From Gallionella sp. (GTDB taxonomy: Bacteria > Pseudomonadota > Gammaproteobacteria > Burkholderiales > Gallionellaceae): 64,000 bases of DNA. Each line of letters starts with the position of its first letter. Position 1 is the stretch's first letter. Shown piece after piece: positions 1 through 9,297 of this stretch. Position numbers and translations under genes: made by a program. The DNA is taken from positions 12,960 to 76,959 of the forward strand of contig JAUSAO010000003.1 of the NCBI GenBank assembly GCA_030652475.1, given 5' to 3'. The notes beneath the pieces were generated by a model. That model did not search any database, was not told the origin of the DNA, and saw nothing but the letters and a program-made list of their open reading frames with translations.

Positions 1-1
1 T

Positions 2-814
2 ACCGTCATTGGCGTGCTCAAGAATCAGGAACTGAAGGATGCCGAACTAGCCAAGCAGGAAGGCCGCGAACCCCGCCGCTATCATGGCGTGTTTGCCAGT
101 CACCCGGATAATGACACCCGCTTGCATCAGGCCGTTGGCGAAGCGGAAAAGAACGGCGCTGCACATGCACACTTTGAAGGCCGCCGGGAATTCCTTGCCG
201 CCACAGATGGCATGATATTTAACGACAACAGCGAGCAAGGCATCGTGCGCAACAACACCTTCTATCACGACGAACTCGGTATTGCCGTGCAATTCCCGAA
301 AAATTGGCAGGTACACAATCTGCCCACCTCGCTGGTGGCCGTCAGCCCGCAGGGTGAAGCGCAACTGCAAATGAAACTGGACGAATCACCCAGAGGCACA
401 CCGGGCGAATACGCACGCCGCCTGGTCGGCTCCGGCGCGCAGGTCAGGTCGCTGGATGTCAACGGCCTGCCCGCGGCGATATTCGATCTGCCCAACACGG
501 CAGGTGGCGTTGTTTTTCATAACAAACGCGCCTTCGTCCTGCAAGCCCAGGGCAAGACCCGCAACAACTTGACTGCGTATCGCGATGACATCATCAGTAC
601 GGTGCGCAGTTTTCATGCGCTCAGCGATGAAGAACGCCAACGTGTTAAACCGCTTACTCTGCATGTTATTACCGCACGAACCGGCGACACTTTTGCCAAT
701 CTGTCGCACAACTCGCCTCTCGGCCTATCGGCAGAAAGCTATTTGCGCCTGATTAACGCCCGCTACCCCAGCGGAGAACCGCAAGCCGGACAACTGATCA
801 AGGTCGTCAGGTAA
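2..814 (+). CDS. M48-family metalloprotease, C-terminal part (5'-truncated by the window), with LysM-like C-terminal tail
   Basis: Frame is open from the window edge. SHPDNDTR resembles the M48 'THP...R' motif; C-terminal ...GDTFANL...YLRLINA...GQLIKVV is LysM-like. Confidence 0.7.
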   Translation, partial: TVIGVLKNQELKDAELAKQEGREPRRYHGVFASHPDNDTRLHQAVGEAEKNGAAHAHFEGRREFLAATDGMIFNDNSEQGIVRNNTFYHDELGIAVQFPKNWQVHNLPTSLVAVSPQGEAQLQMKLDESPRGTPGEYARRLVGSGAQVRSLDVNGLPAAIFDLPNTAGGVVFHNKRAFVLQAQGKTRNNLTAYRDDIISTVRSFHALSDEERQRVKPLTLHVITARTGDTFANLSHNSPLGLSAESYLRLINARYPSGEPQAGQLIKVVR

Positions 815-847
815 GCCACGACGGCCACTTACCCCTGATTACCTGCC

Positions 848-2494
848 ATGTATTATCTCAAGCCCACCGACCCGCACCCCATCACGCCTGCCAAAGCCGT
901 GATGCTCGGTCTGCTTTGCATAGTCTGGGTCGGCATGGGCCTGGTCGGGCATGACCCGTGGAAACCGGATGATGCCTACAGCTTTGGCATCGTTTATTCC
1001 ATGTTGCAGGACGGAAATTGGCTGATCCCCACCCTTGCAGGCGAGCCGTTCATGGCCAATCCGCCCTTGTTTTACTGGACGGCAGCCTTATTCGCCAAGC
1101 TATTTGCGCCGCTGCTGCCACTGCATGATGGCGCGCGCCTCGCCAGCGGTTTGTACAGCGGATTAACCCTGCTTTTCCTCGGCCTCGCCGGACGCAAGTT
1201 GTATGGCGAAAATCGCGGCTGGGCCGCTGCCATCATCCTGATCGGCTGCCTCGGCATGCTGGTGCGCGCGCACCAGATCATCACCGACCTGGCACTGCTC
1301 GCCGGATGCGCGATGATGCTTTATGGCTTTGCACACAGCCAGGAACGCATACTGCGCGCCGGCATCTGGATCGGCATCGGCATCGGCATCGGCTTCATGG
1401 CCAAAGGCTTCATCGCGCCGCTGTTGTTCCTGCTGATCGCCATGCTGTTGCCCGCGTTATTCCAGAACTGGCGCAAACGACAGTACGCCTTCAGTCTCGG
1501 TATCGCCACACTTTTTTCCCTGCCCTGGCTCATCGTCTGGCCACTCATGCTGCACCAGCAGTCACCGGCCTTATTCACAGACTGGATGTGGTCGCACAAC
1601 CTCGGAAACTGGCTGAATCATGCGAAATCCGGGCCGGGTAAAGACGCCCTCTACTACCTTAAAAATCTCCCCTGGTTGGCATGGCCCGCCCTGCCTCTGG
1701 CAGCATGGGCGGTGTGGCGCGAACGCCGTCGCCTCGCGCAACGCGACGATTTACAATTGCCGCTGGTCAGCTTCCTTGTGATGCTCCTCACCCTCAGTCT
1801 GACGCCCAACATCAAGGAAGTGTTCGCACTGCCCATGCTGCTGCCCATCGCACTGCTGGCTACCGCCGCGTTATCCATGCTCAAACGCGGCGCGGCCAAC
1901 GCACTGGACTGGTTCGGTTTAATGACCTTCGCGTTACTTGCCATACTGATGTGGTGGGGATGGGCAGGACTGTTACTGGACAACCACGCCAAGATCACGC
2001 TATGGCTGAAAGATTACCAACCCGGTTTCGAACCGGTTTTCCAAACCACACCCTTCGCCATCGCTGTCATCGCCAGCACGCTATGGCTGGTACTGGTATG
2101 GCGCGTAGGCCGTTCGATGCGCCGTGCGGTGGTGAACTGGGCTTCAGGCATCACGCTGATCTGGATACTCGCGATGACTTTGTGGCTGCCCTGGCTGGAC
2201 AGCGGAAAAAGCTACCGCGGCATGGTTGCCTCACTCAAGCACTCCCTGCCAGCCGAATACAACTGCGTGGCGCGCAATGCCGGGCTTGGCGATAGCCAGC
2301 GCGCCATGCTGCATTACTTCGGTAACATCATCACCCGTCGTGACCCCGCACGTCGCTGCGAGTTACGTTTGATTCAGGGAGATAAAATATCCAGACCGCT
2401 GATGGATCACGCGCGCTATGAAAAAATCTGGGAAGGCAGTCGCAAGACCGACAAGACCGAACAATATCGTCTGTATCAGGAAATCAACAAATAG
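848..2494 (+). CDS. ArnT/GT39-family membrane glycosyltransferase
   Basis: N-terminal GHDPWKPDDAYSFG and GEPFMANPPLFYW motifs typical of ArnT-like proteins; many transmembrane segments. Confidence 0.8.
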   Translation: MYYLKPTDPHPITPAKAVMLGLLCIVWVGMGLVGHDPWKPDDAYSFGIVYSMLQDGNWLIPTLAGEPFMANPPLFYWTAALFAKLFAPLLPLHDGARLASGLYSGLTLLFLGLAGRKLYGENRGWAAAIILIGCLGMLVRAHQIITDLALLAGCAMMLYGFAHSQERILRAGIWIGIGIGIGFMAKGFIAPLLFLLIAMLLPALFQNWRKRQYAFSLGIATLFSLPWLIVWPLMLHQQSPALFTDWMWSHNLGNWLNHAKSGPGKDALYYLKNLPWLAWPALPLAAWAVWRERRRLAQRDDLQLPLVSFLVMLLTLSLTPNIKEVFALPMLLPIALLATAALSMLKRGAANALDWFGLMTFALLAILMWWGWAGLLLDNHAKITLWLKDYQPGFEPVFQTTPFAIAVIASTLWLVLVWRVGRSMRRAVVNWASGITLIWILAMTLWLPWLDSGKSYRGMVASLKHSLPAEYNCVARNAGLGDSQRAMLHYFGNIITRRDPARRCELRLIQGDKISRPLMDHARYEKIWEGSRKTDKTEQYRLYQEINK

Positions 2495-2537
2495 CGCTTA
2501 AGAAACAAAGCGCTTTTAAGCAAATACAATAAACAAA

Positions 2538-2822
2538 TCAATAATTTACTGTAGCCGTAGCGCCTGCCTCCGGCACACCGGAAGCTGCCATATTCGGGTT
2601 TTTCTTGTTTACGGCAAGTCCAACTGAAGAAGGCGTACCGGAAGAACAACTGACATTAATAATACTGACGTCCGTAGAGCCGGACGGAATACTGGCCGGT
2701 GCAACAACGGCACAGTTTCCAGTCACCGTCGCTGTGGCCCCGATTTCAGCTGTTGCAGCATGTACATTGGCAACTGTCAAAGCGATCATGACAGCAAATC
2801 CTGAAACGCCAGCTATATTCAT
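2538..2822 (-). CDS. Small secreted Csu/SCPU (spore coat U)-like pilin-domain protein
   Basis: Signal peptide ending VHA-A, then ATATVTGNC...INVSCSSGTP...VGL and terminal TATVNY, resembling SCPU pilins. ATG at 2822 is preceded by GGGGGA. Confidence 0.6.
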   Translation of the reverse strand: MNIAGVSGFAVMIALTVANVHAATAEIGATATVTGNCAVVAPASIPSGSTDVSIINVSCSSGTPSSVGLAVNKKNPNMAASGVPEAGATATVNY

Positions 2823-2925
2823 TTCATCCCCCACTCAGAGTTTACCAACGGCATTCCGAAAACAGGCAATCAAGCTATAGCCAAGTTACAAGGGTTAAGG
2901 AGATGCTGATTTACTCACCAAATCT

Positions 2926-3011
2926 GTCGTTGCGAGCGAAGCGTGTCAATCCATCATGTTGATTATAAAACGAATTATGGATTGCCACGTCGCTACGCTC
3001 CTCGCAAAGAC
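2926..3011. repeat. Imperfect inverted-repeat (REP/MITE-like) element, GTC(G)TTGCGAG...CAATCCA type
   Basis: Left arm gtcgttgcgagcgaagcgtgtcaatcca (2926-2953). Right arm tggattgccacgtcgctacgctcctcgcaaagac (2978-3011) is its imperfect reverse complement. The spacer is AT-rich. Confidence 0.65.
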
Positions 3012-3014
3012 GAT

Positions 3015-3197
3015 TTAATCAGCGCTTCTTTGGCACTCTACCACGGCAGCACGACGATACCACAAGCACAATCCTGCCCCGATTATCAGCGCCCAAGCTG
3101 CCAGACGCACCAGAGCGGCGATGCCGTATCCAAGTAACCCAAAGCCGGTGACGTGCGTCCAGTCGTCGTCAACTTTGGTTTGATTGGAAAATTCCAT
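3015..3197 (-). CDS. Hypothetical small membrane protein (60 aa)
   Basis: ATG-initiated ORF with a long hydrophobic stretch (GLLGYGIAALVRLAAWALIIGAGLCLWY), downstream of aroC. Confidence 0.35.
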   Translation of the reverse strand: MEFSNQTKVDDDWTHVTGFGLLGYGIAALVRLAAWALIIGAGLCLWYRRAAVVECQRSAD

Positions 3198-3266
3198 GCT
3201 TTACTCGAATTCAACGTCAATACCGCCGGGGTAGCCCGGCGGCTATATTACGCTAGGGTATGCGCT

Positions 3267-4361
3267 TTACCGAATTCTGGGGGTCGCACACACCACATCC
3301 CCGTTCTGTCCCCGATTCCGCAGCGCATGATCCATCAGCACCAGCGCCAGCATCGCCTCGGCAATCGGCGTGGCGCGGATGCCGACGCATGGGTCGTGGC
3401 GACCTTCGGTGGCGACTTTCACCGCCTCGCCTGCTATGTTGATCGAGTTGCGTTCGAGGCGAATGCTGGAAGTAGGTTTGATGGCGTAGTTCGCAACGAT
3501 GTCCTGCCCGGTAGAAATGCCGCCGAGGATGCCGCCCGCGTGATTGGATAAAAACCCGTCAGGCGTCATCTCGTCGCCGTGTTCGCTGCCCTTCTGCGTC
3601 ACGCAGCCGAAGCCCGCGCCTATCTCAACCCCTTTGACTGCATTGATATTCATCAACGCGTAGGCAATTTCGGCATCCAGCCGGTCAAACACCGGCTCAC
3701 CCCAGCCGACCGGGACATTCTGTGCGACTACAGTGAGCTTCGCGCCGATGGAATCACCGGATCTGCGCACCGCGTCCATGTAATCTTCCAGTTGTGCGAC
3801 ATAGCTCGCGTCAGCGACGAAAAAACTGTTACCCTCGGCGCGTACATCGTCCCAGCTTTTGAACGGCACTTCGATCTCGCCGAGTTGCGCAAGATAGCCG
3901 CGCACCACGACGCCGTATTTTTCATTCAGCCATTTTTTCGCGATCGCTCCTGCCGCAACACGGCTAGCCGTCTCGCGTGCAGATGCGCGCCCGCCGCCTC
4001 TGTGGTCGCGAAAACCATATTTTTGTGTGTAGGTGTAATCAGCATGTCCGGGACGAAAGGTCTCGGCAATATTACCGTAATCCTTGCTGCGCTGGTCTTC
4101 ATTGCGGATCAGCAAGGCGATCGGCGTGCCGGTCGTCTTGCCCTCGAACACGCCGGAGAGGATTTCCACCGTGTCCGACTCGCGCCGTTGCGTGACATGC
4201 CGCGATGTGCCGGGCTTACGTCTGTCCAGATCATGCTGGATATCCGCCTCGCATAGCGCCAAACCGGGCGGACAGCCATCCACCACACAGCCGATCGCCG
4301 CCCCGTGTGATTCGCCGAACGAAGTCACTGTAAATAATGTGCCGAGTGTATTTCCTGACAT
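3267..4361 (-). CDS. aroC: Chorismate synthase
   Basis: MSGNTLG...[25 protein letters not shown] and GRHDPCV signatures; start set at ATG 4361. Confidence 0.97.
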   Translation of the reverse strand: MSGNTLGTLFTVTSFGESHGAAIGCVVDGCPPGLALCEADIQHDLDRRKPGTSRHVTQRRESDTVEILSGVFEGKTTGTPIALLIRNEDQRSKDYGNIAETFRPGHADYTYTQKYGFRDHRGGGRASARETASRVAAGAIAKKWLNEKYGVVVRGYLAQLGEIEVPFKSWDDVRAEGNSFFVADASYVAQLEDYMDAVRRSGDSIGAKLTVVAQNVPVGWGEPVFDRLDAEIAYALMNINAVKGVEIGAGFGCVTQKGSEHGDEMTPDGFLSNHAGGILGGISTGQDIVANYAIKPTSSIRLERNSINIAGEAVKVATEGRHDPCVGIRATPIAEAMLALVLMDHALRNRGQNGDVVCATPRIR

Positions 4362-4419
4362 AAGTAATCCAGTCGAAAAGATGCGCAAATAAGGCGCGCA
4401 GTTTACCATACAGCACACC

Positions 4420-4532
4420 GTCATTCCGGCGCAGGCCGGAATCCAGCGGTTCTATTCAAAATGCCTTTAGAGCCTGGTATCCGCGTTGCGGATGATTATT
4501 TTTAACTGGATTCCGGCCTGCGCCGGAATGAC
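4420..4532. repeat. Paired-hairpin MITE/REP-like element with 27-bp perfect terminal inverted repeats
   Basis: gtcattccggcgcaggccggaatccag (4420-4446) and its exact reverse complement (4506-4532); each arm is itself a hairpin. Confidence 0.9.
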
Positions 4533-4550
4533 CCCTTTGGAGGTTTATTG

Positions 4551-5552
4551 ATGAAAGCCATCCTGATGACCGCAGCAGGCGATGCCAGCGTGCTGCAAAG
4601 CTGCGACATCGCCCGACCTGATCTGCCATCGCCGTACCACCTGCGCATCAAACTTGCCGCCGCTGGCGTTAATCCGCTGGACAGAAAATTACGCACCAAT
4701 CCGGCCTACTATCCCGCCCAGCTACCCGCGATACTCGGTTGTGATGGCGCAGGCACAGTGGAACAAACCGGCAGTCTGGTGACGCGCTTCAAAGCGGGCG
4801 ATGCAGTATTTTTCTGTAACGGCGGTTTGGGCGACGAACCCGGAAACTACGCGGAATACACCACGTTACACGAAGAATATTGCGCCGCCTGCCCCGCCAA
4901 CATTCCGTTGCAGGACGCGGCCGCCCTGCCACTGGTCTGCATTACCGTCTGGGAGGCATTGGTCGAACGCGCCCACCTGCAAGCCGGTCAGACGCTGCTG
5001 ATACACGCGGCTGCCGGCGGCGTGGGCCATATCGCCGTGCAACTTGCCCATCATCTGGGCGCACGCATCGCCGTCACCGTCAGCGACACCAAAAAGGCCG
5101 GGCTGGCACAGGCGCTCGGCGCTGAAAAAATCATCAATTACAAAGAACAGGACTTCGTGCAGGAAACACTGAACTGGACGGACGGCAAGGGTGCTGACAT
5201 CGTGTTCGACACAGTGGGCGGCGACACTTTTCTGAAATCGCTGCACGCTGCGTGCATCGGCGGCAAAATCGTCAGCATCCTTGCCACGCCGCTTGCCACA
5301 GCAGACGTGCAATTGGTGCGCTTGCGCAACCTGTCGCTATGCTACGAACTGATGCTCACACCACAGGTGTTGAAGCTGCACGACGAGCGCATCCGCCAGC
5401 GCAAGATACTGGAACAATGCACTGCGCTGGTTGAAAAGGGCGAACTCGGCGTGCTGGTCACGCAGCGGATTCCGCTGGAGCAGGCCGCCGAAGCCCACCG
5501 CCTGATCGAAGCGGGTGGCATGACAGGCAAAATCATTCTGACGATGGATTAA
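4551..5552 (+). CDS. NADPH:quinone oxidoreductase / zinc-independent MDR-family dehydrogenase
   Basis: MKAILM...AAGVNPLD, ILGCDGAG, LIHAAAGGVGH Rossmann motif and GKIIL C-terminus; GGAGG RBS before ATG 4551. Confidence 0.88.
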   Translation: MKAILMTAAGDASVLQSCDIARPDLPSPYHLRIKLAAAGVNPLDRKLRTNPAYYPAQLPAILGCDGAGTVEQTGSLVTRFKAGDAVFFCNGGLGDEPGNYAEYTTLHEEYCAACPANIPLQDAAALPLVCITVWEALVERAHLQAGQTLLIHAAAGGVGHIAVQLAHHLGARIAVTVSDTKKAGLAQALGAEKIINYKEQDFVQETLNWTDGKGADIVFDTVGGDTFLKSLHAACIGGKIVSILATPLATADVQLVRLRNLSLCYELMLTPQVLKLHDERIRQRKILEQCTALVEKGELGVLVTQRIPLEQAAEAHRLIEAGGMTGKIILTMD

Positions 5553-5553
5553 T

Positions 5554-6390
5554 ATGCTGATAGACACTCACTGCCATCTGGACGCCGCCGAGTTTGGCGC
5601 TGATCAGGACAAGTTGCTGCACGCGGCGCATCTTGCCGGTGTAACACGCCTCGTGGTGCCTGCTGTTGAACGCGCCGGTTTCGCTGGCGTGCGCACACTT
5701 TGCGAACGCTACCCGGCGTGCTCCCCCGCGTATGGCATCCATCCGATGTACGTGCCTCAGGCGCATAAGGATGACCTGATTGTGCTGCGCGACTATCTGC
5801 GCGACGGTCAGCCGGTCGCGATCGGTGAGATCGGCCTGGATTTTTATATCGAGCACTATGACCATGCGCAACAAGAATATTTTTTTGTCGAACAACTCAA
5901 GCTGGCCCGCGAATTCGACCTGCCGGTGCTGCTGCACATCCGCCGCGCGCAGGACACCGTACTCAAGCACCTGCGCAGATTTTATGGGAGCAACAACGCC
6001 CCTTCTAACAGGCTCAGGGCAGGCATCGCCCATGCCTTCAGCGGCAGCCGGCAACAGGCGGACGAATTCATCAAGCTGGGTTTCAGCCTCGGTTTTGGCG
6101 GGGCGATGACCTATCCGCGCGCCACGCGTCTGCGCGAACTCGCCGCAACCCTGCCGCTTTCCAGCATCGTGCTGGAAACCGATGCACCCGACATGCCGCC
6201 TGCATTCATCGAACGCGGATCTCCCAACAAACCCGAGTACCTGCAACGCATCGCAGAAACATTAGCGGAACTGCGCGGTATTTCAGCCGAGGAAATTGCC
6301 CAGGCAACGACCGAAAATGCGTTAGCCGTATTGCCCAAACTCAACATTCCCACCGTGACACTTCCATCAGAACAGACACCATCAGCATGA
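5554..6390 (+). CDS. TatD-family hydrolase
   Basis: IDTHCHLD, AIGEIGLD, HAFSGS and LETDAPD motifs. Confidence 0.92.
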   Translation: MLIDTHCHLDAAEFGADQDKLLHAAHLAGVTRLVVPAVERAGFAGVRTLCERYPACSPAYGIHPMYVPQAHKDDLIVLRDYLRDGQPVAIGEIGLDFYIEHYDHAQQEYFFVEQLKLAREFDLPVLLHIRRAQDTVLKHLRRFYGSNNAPSNRLRAGIAHAFSGSRQQADEFIKLGFSLGFGGAMTYPRATRLRELAATLPLSSIVLETDAPDMPPAFIERGSPNKPEYLQRIAETLAELRGISAEEIAQATTENALAVLPKLNIPTVTLPSEQTPSA

Positions 6391-6776
6391 CCGAAACCGC
6401 CAGCCTGCTTGCGCTTTTCACCAGCAGCTTCCTCGCCGCCACCCTATTACCCGGCGGTTCGGAAGCCGTGCTGTTTGCCGTACTCAAAGGCTATCCGGAG
6501 TCGTTATGGATAGCACTCGCACTCGCCACACTGGGAAATACGCTGGGTGGCATGGTCAGCTTCGTCATGGGTTGGTTACTGCCGCAGACCCAGCAATTAA
6601 GGCACGTAGAAAAATTGCGCCGCTACGGCACACCCGCCCTGCTGCTCGCCTGGATGCCGCTGATCGGCGATGCGCTGTGCCTCGCCGCCGGTTGGCTGCG
6701 CCTCAACGTATGGCAGACCGCGCTATTCATGGCAATCGGTAAATTCGCACGATACCTGGTGATCGCACAAATATAG
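6387..6776 (+). CDS. yqaA: YqaA-family (DedA/SNARE-like) membrane protein
   Basis: SSFLAATLLPGGSEAVL and WMPLIGDALCLAAGWLR motifs; ATGA overlap with tatD. Confidence 0.85.
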   Translation: MTETASLLALFTSSFLAATLLPGGSEAVLFAVLKGYPESLWIALALATLGNTLGGMVSFVMGWLLPQTQQLRHVEKLRRYGTPALLLAWMPLIGDALCLAAGWLRLNVWQTALFMAIGKFARYLVIAQI

Positions 6777-6780
6777 ATAG

Positions 6781-6825
6781 TGGGGAGTTACTCCCCACTC
6801 CCCACTCCCCACTCCCCACTCACCA
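6781..6825. repeat. Heptamer tandem array (CTCCCCA)x4 plus CTCACCA, preceded by one inverted unit
   Basis: Perfect units at 6791, 6798, 6805 and 6812; inverted tggggag at 6781-6787; lies at the convergent junction of yqaA and the M17 peptidase. Confidence 0.9.
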
Positions 6826-8422
6826 TTTTTAACCCCCAGCCCACCCCGAAACCCGTTACCTCGCTGGCCACGCTACCCAGCCCGCCTTCGCAGCGACTGG
6901 CGGACAAGTCTATATGCAGCCAGGGCGTATCGTGTTCTACGAAGCGCTTCAGAAATCGTGTAGCCAGAATGTGGTCGGCCTCACCGTCCAGCGTGCATTG
7001 TTTGATATCGGCCACTTTGGAATCAAGCGCGGCTTCATAGTCTTCATCCAGCGGAAAAGCACACAGGCGTTCGCCGCTTTGGCGACCGACGTTCACCGCG
7101 CGTTGCACCAGTTCATCACGGTTACCCAGTACGCCCGAATAGCGCGCACCCAAAGCCGTCGCCATGCTACCGGTCAGCGTGGCGAAATCGATCATCAGAT
7201 CCGGTTTCTCGCGTGATGCCAACGTCAGCGTATCAGCCAGCACCATGCGGCCTTCGGCATCGGTATGCATCACCTCTATCGTCGTTCCGTTGAGCGCCTT
7301 GACGATATCGTTCTGCTTATAGGCTTTGGGGCTGATGTGGTTCTGCGCCAGCGCCAGCCAGCAGTCGATGTTCACCGGCAGTTTCTGCTGGCTGGCGGCC
7401 AGCAAAATACCCAGTGCGACACCCGAACCGTTCATGTCCTCGTGCATGTTGTGCATGTAACGCGAGGGTTTGAGATTATGCCCGCCGGTATCGAAACAAA
7501 TACCTTTGCCGACCAGCGCCACGGTCTGCTTCGCTTTGGGGTGCTTGTAGGAGAGATGCACGATGGCGGCATCATCAATTTCGCTGCCCTGAGCCACCGC
7601 AACGAACGCACCTGCACCCATCTTGCGCAACGCCTTCATGTCGTATTCCGAATACTGCCATTCGTGCTCTTGCGCCAATTTCTTCACGCGCTTGCGGTAT
7701 TGCCCCGGCGTCAGCTCATTCGGTGGCAACACGGTCAACGCTCGGCACAATAGATTGCCCGCCGCCTGCGCCCTGAATTCCTCCAGCGCCTTGCTGTCGT
7801 CAAATCCGTAAATTGCGATTTTTTGCAGTGCACGGCGTTCATCTTTCTTCTTGTGCACCGGCAGCAACGCACCGTTTACCCATGCCGCATAGGCCGCCAA
7901 TCCGGCAGCCCGTTGCCGCTGGAGCGCATCACCCAGCACCACGATGGCGATAGATTTAGGATATTCGTCCAGTAACGGTTGCAATGCCTTGCGCACCACT
8001 GTTTGCAGCGCGAAGGTATCGCCTAATGGAAAGTCGCGTAGCGCTACGCTTGCCCCCTCGCCCGCAAAGCGGGAGATAACCAGCGACTTGCCCGCTTGCG
8101 GGCTTAGTCGAATGGCTAGTTGTTCCTCCAGGGTTGGGGTGAGGGAACGGGCATGAAGAGCCTTGCTTTTGGAAACTTCACCACGCCCGCTATCGAAATC
8201 CAGCATAGCCCACACGATCAGGCCGCCATTCGTCGCATTAGCCGCAACGGGCGACTTGGCCAGCTCTTCTGCTTTCATGCCGCGCCGTGCCAGCACCGCA
8301 CGGAGCAGATCAACATGCGGCACGCCTTCGGGCAAAGTCTTGGCCTTGGGGAAAATCACCAGCACATGCAGCGCGGAAAGCGTTTCTGGCGGAGTCTGAA
8401 ACAGGGTGAGTTGTGCTAGCAT
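6788..8422 (-). CDS. M17-family leucyl aminopeptidase (PepA paralogue) with an apparent in-frame insertion
   Basis: [18 protein letters not shown] and [12 protein letters not shown] metal-binding motifs. Confidence 0.9.
   Translation of the reverse strand: MLAQLTLFQTPPETLSALHVLVIFPKAKTLPEGVPHVDLLRAVLARRGMKAEELAKSPVAANATNGGLIVWAMLDFDSGRGEVSKSKALHARSLTPTLEEQLAIRLSPQAGKSLVISRFAGEGASVALRDFPLGDTFALQTVVRKALQPLLDEYPKSIAIVVLGDALQRQRAAGLAAYAAWVNGALLPVHKKKDERRALQKIAIYGFDDSKALEEFRAQAAGNLLCRALTVLPPNELTPGQYRKRVKKLAQEHEWQYSEYDMKALRKMGAGAFVAVAQGSEIDDAAIVHLSYKHPKAKQTVALVGKGICFDTGGHNLKPSRYMHNMHEDMNGSGVALGILLAASQQKLPVNIDCWLALAQNHISPKAYKQNDIVKALNGTTIEVMHTDAEGRMVLADTLTLASREKPDLMIDFATLTGSMATALGARYSGVLGNRDELVQRAVNVGRQSGERLCAFPLDEDYEAALDSKVADIKQCTLDGEADHILATRFLKRFVEHDTPWLHIDLSASRCEGGLGSVASEVTGFGVGWGLKMVSGEWGVGSGE
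8052..8154 (-). repeat. Palindromic element in frame within the M17 peptidase, with a nested 54-bp insert (8076-8129)
   Basis: Minus strand reads catgcccgttccctcaccccaaccct[54 bp]ctcccgctttgcgggcgagggggc, similar to the intergenic element at 17411-17464. Confidence 0.7.
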
Positions 8423-8445
8423 TACGTCCTCATTTTTATTGGCTA

Positions 8446-8472
8446 GTCATTCCGTATCCCGCTGGGAATGAC
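8446..8472. repeat. Collapsed remnant of a GTCATTCC...GGAATGAC element
   Basis: gtcattcc-gtatcccgctg-ggaatgac has the same 8-bp termini as the 4420 and 29918 elements. Confidence 0.55.
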
Positions 8473-8502
8473 GTTACAAGAGCCGCGATTATACAGGCCA
8501 CT

Positions 8503-9297
8503 ATGCGCACCTACCTCGATCTCATGCAGCATGTGCTGGAACACGGCACAAAAAAATCAGACCGCACCGGAACCGGCACGGTCAGCGTCTTCGGCTACCA
8601 GATGCGCTTCGACCTGTCGCAGGGCTTCCCGCTAGTCACCACTAAAAAATGCCACATGAAATCCATCATTCACGAATTGCTGTGGTTTCTGCAGGGCGAC
8701 ACCAACATTCGCTACCTGAAGGAAAACGGTGTAAAAATCTGGGACGAGTGGGCTGATGAAAATGGCGATCTCGGCCCGGTGTACGGCAAACAATGGCGCT
8801 CATGGGAGTCGGTGGATGGACGCGTGATAGATCAAATCAAAGTCGCCGTCGAACAACTCAGGAACAACCCCGACTCGCGCCGCATTATCGTCTCGGCCTG
8901 GAACGTAGGCGAACTGGACAAAATGGCGCTCGCCCCCTGCCATGCGTTTTTCCAGTTCTATGTGGCGGACGGCAAGCTGTCCTGCCAACTCTACCAGCGC
9001 AGTGCCGACATCTTCCTCGGCGTGCCGTTCAACATCGCCTCCTACGCGTTGCTTACCATGATGATGGCGCAGGTATGCGACCTAGAACCGGGCGACTTCG
9101 TGCACACCTTCGGGGATGCACATTTGTACCTGAACCACATGGAACAGACGCAGTTGCAACTGTCGCGCGAACCCCACCCGCTGCCTGTCATGCATATCAA
9201 TCCAGACATTAAAGACATCCTCGGCTTCAAATATGAAGATTTCACGCTCGAAGGCTACGATCCTCACCCGGCCATTAAAGGGAAAGTAGCGGTATGA
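8503..9297 (+). CDS. thyA: Thymidylate synthase
   Basis: MRTYLDL...[38 protein letters not shown]. Confidence 0.98.
   Translation: MRTYLDLMQHVLEHGTKKSDRTGTGTVSVFGYQMRFDLSQGFPLVTTKKCHMKSIIHELLWFLQGDTNIRYLKENGVKIWDEWADENGDLGPVYGKQWRSWESVDGRVIDQIKVAVEQLRNNPDSRRIIVSAWNVGELDKMALAPCHAFFQFYVADGKLSCQLYQRSADIFLGVPFNIASYALLTMMMAQVCDLEPGDFVHTFGDAHLYLNHMEQTQLQLSREPHPLPVMHINPDIKDILGFKYEDFTLEGYDPHPAIKGKVAV

Noticed and set aside
1370-1393. (ATCGGC)x4 repeat in the ArnT-like gene as a phase-variation tract
   Set aside because: The unit is a multiple of 3 encoding IG repeats in a TM helix, so slippage would not switch the frame.
2860-2890. Possible sigma54 (PilR-dependent) promoter upstream of the mini-pilin
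   Set aside because: The minus-strand TGGCTATAGCTTGATTGC does not give the required GG-N10-GC spacing.
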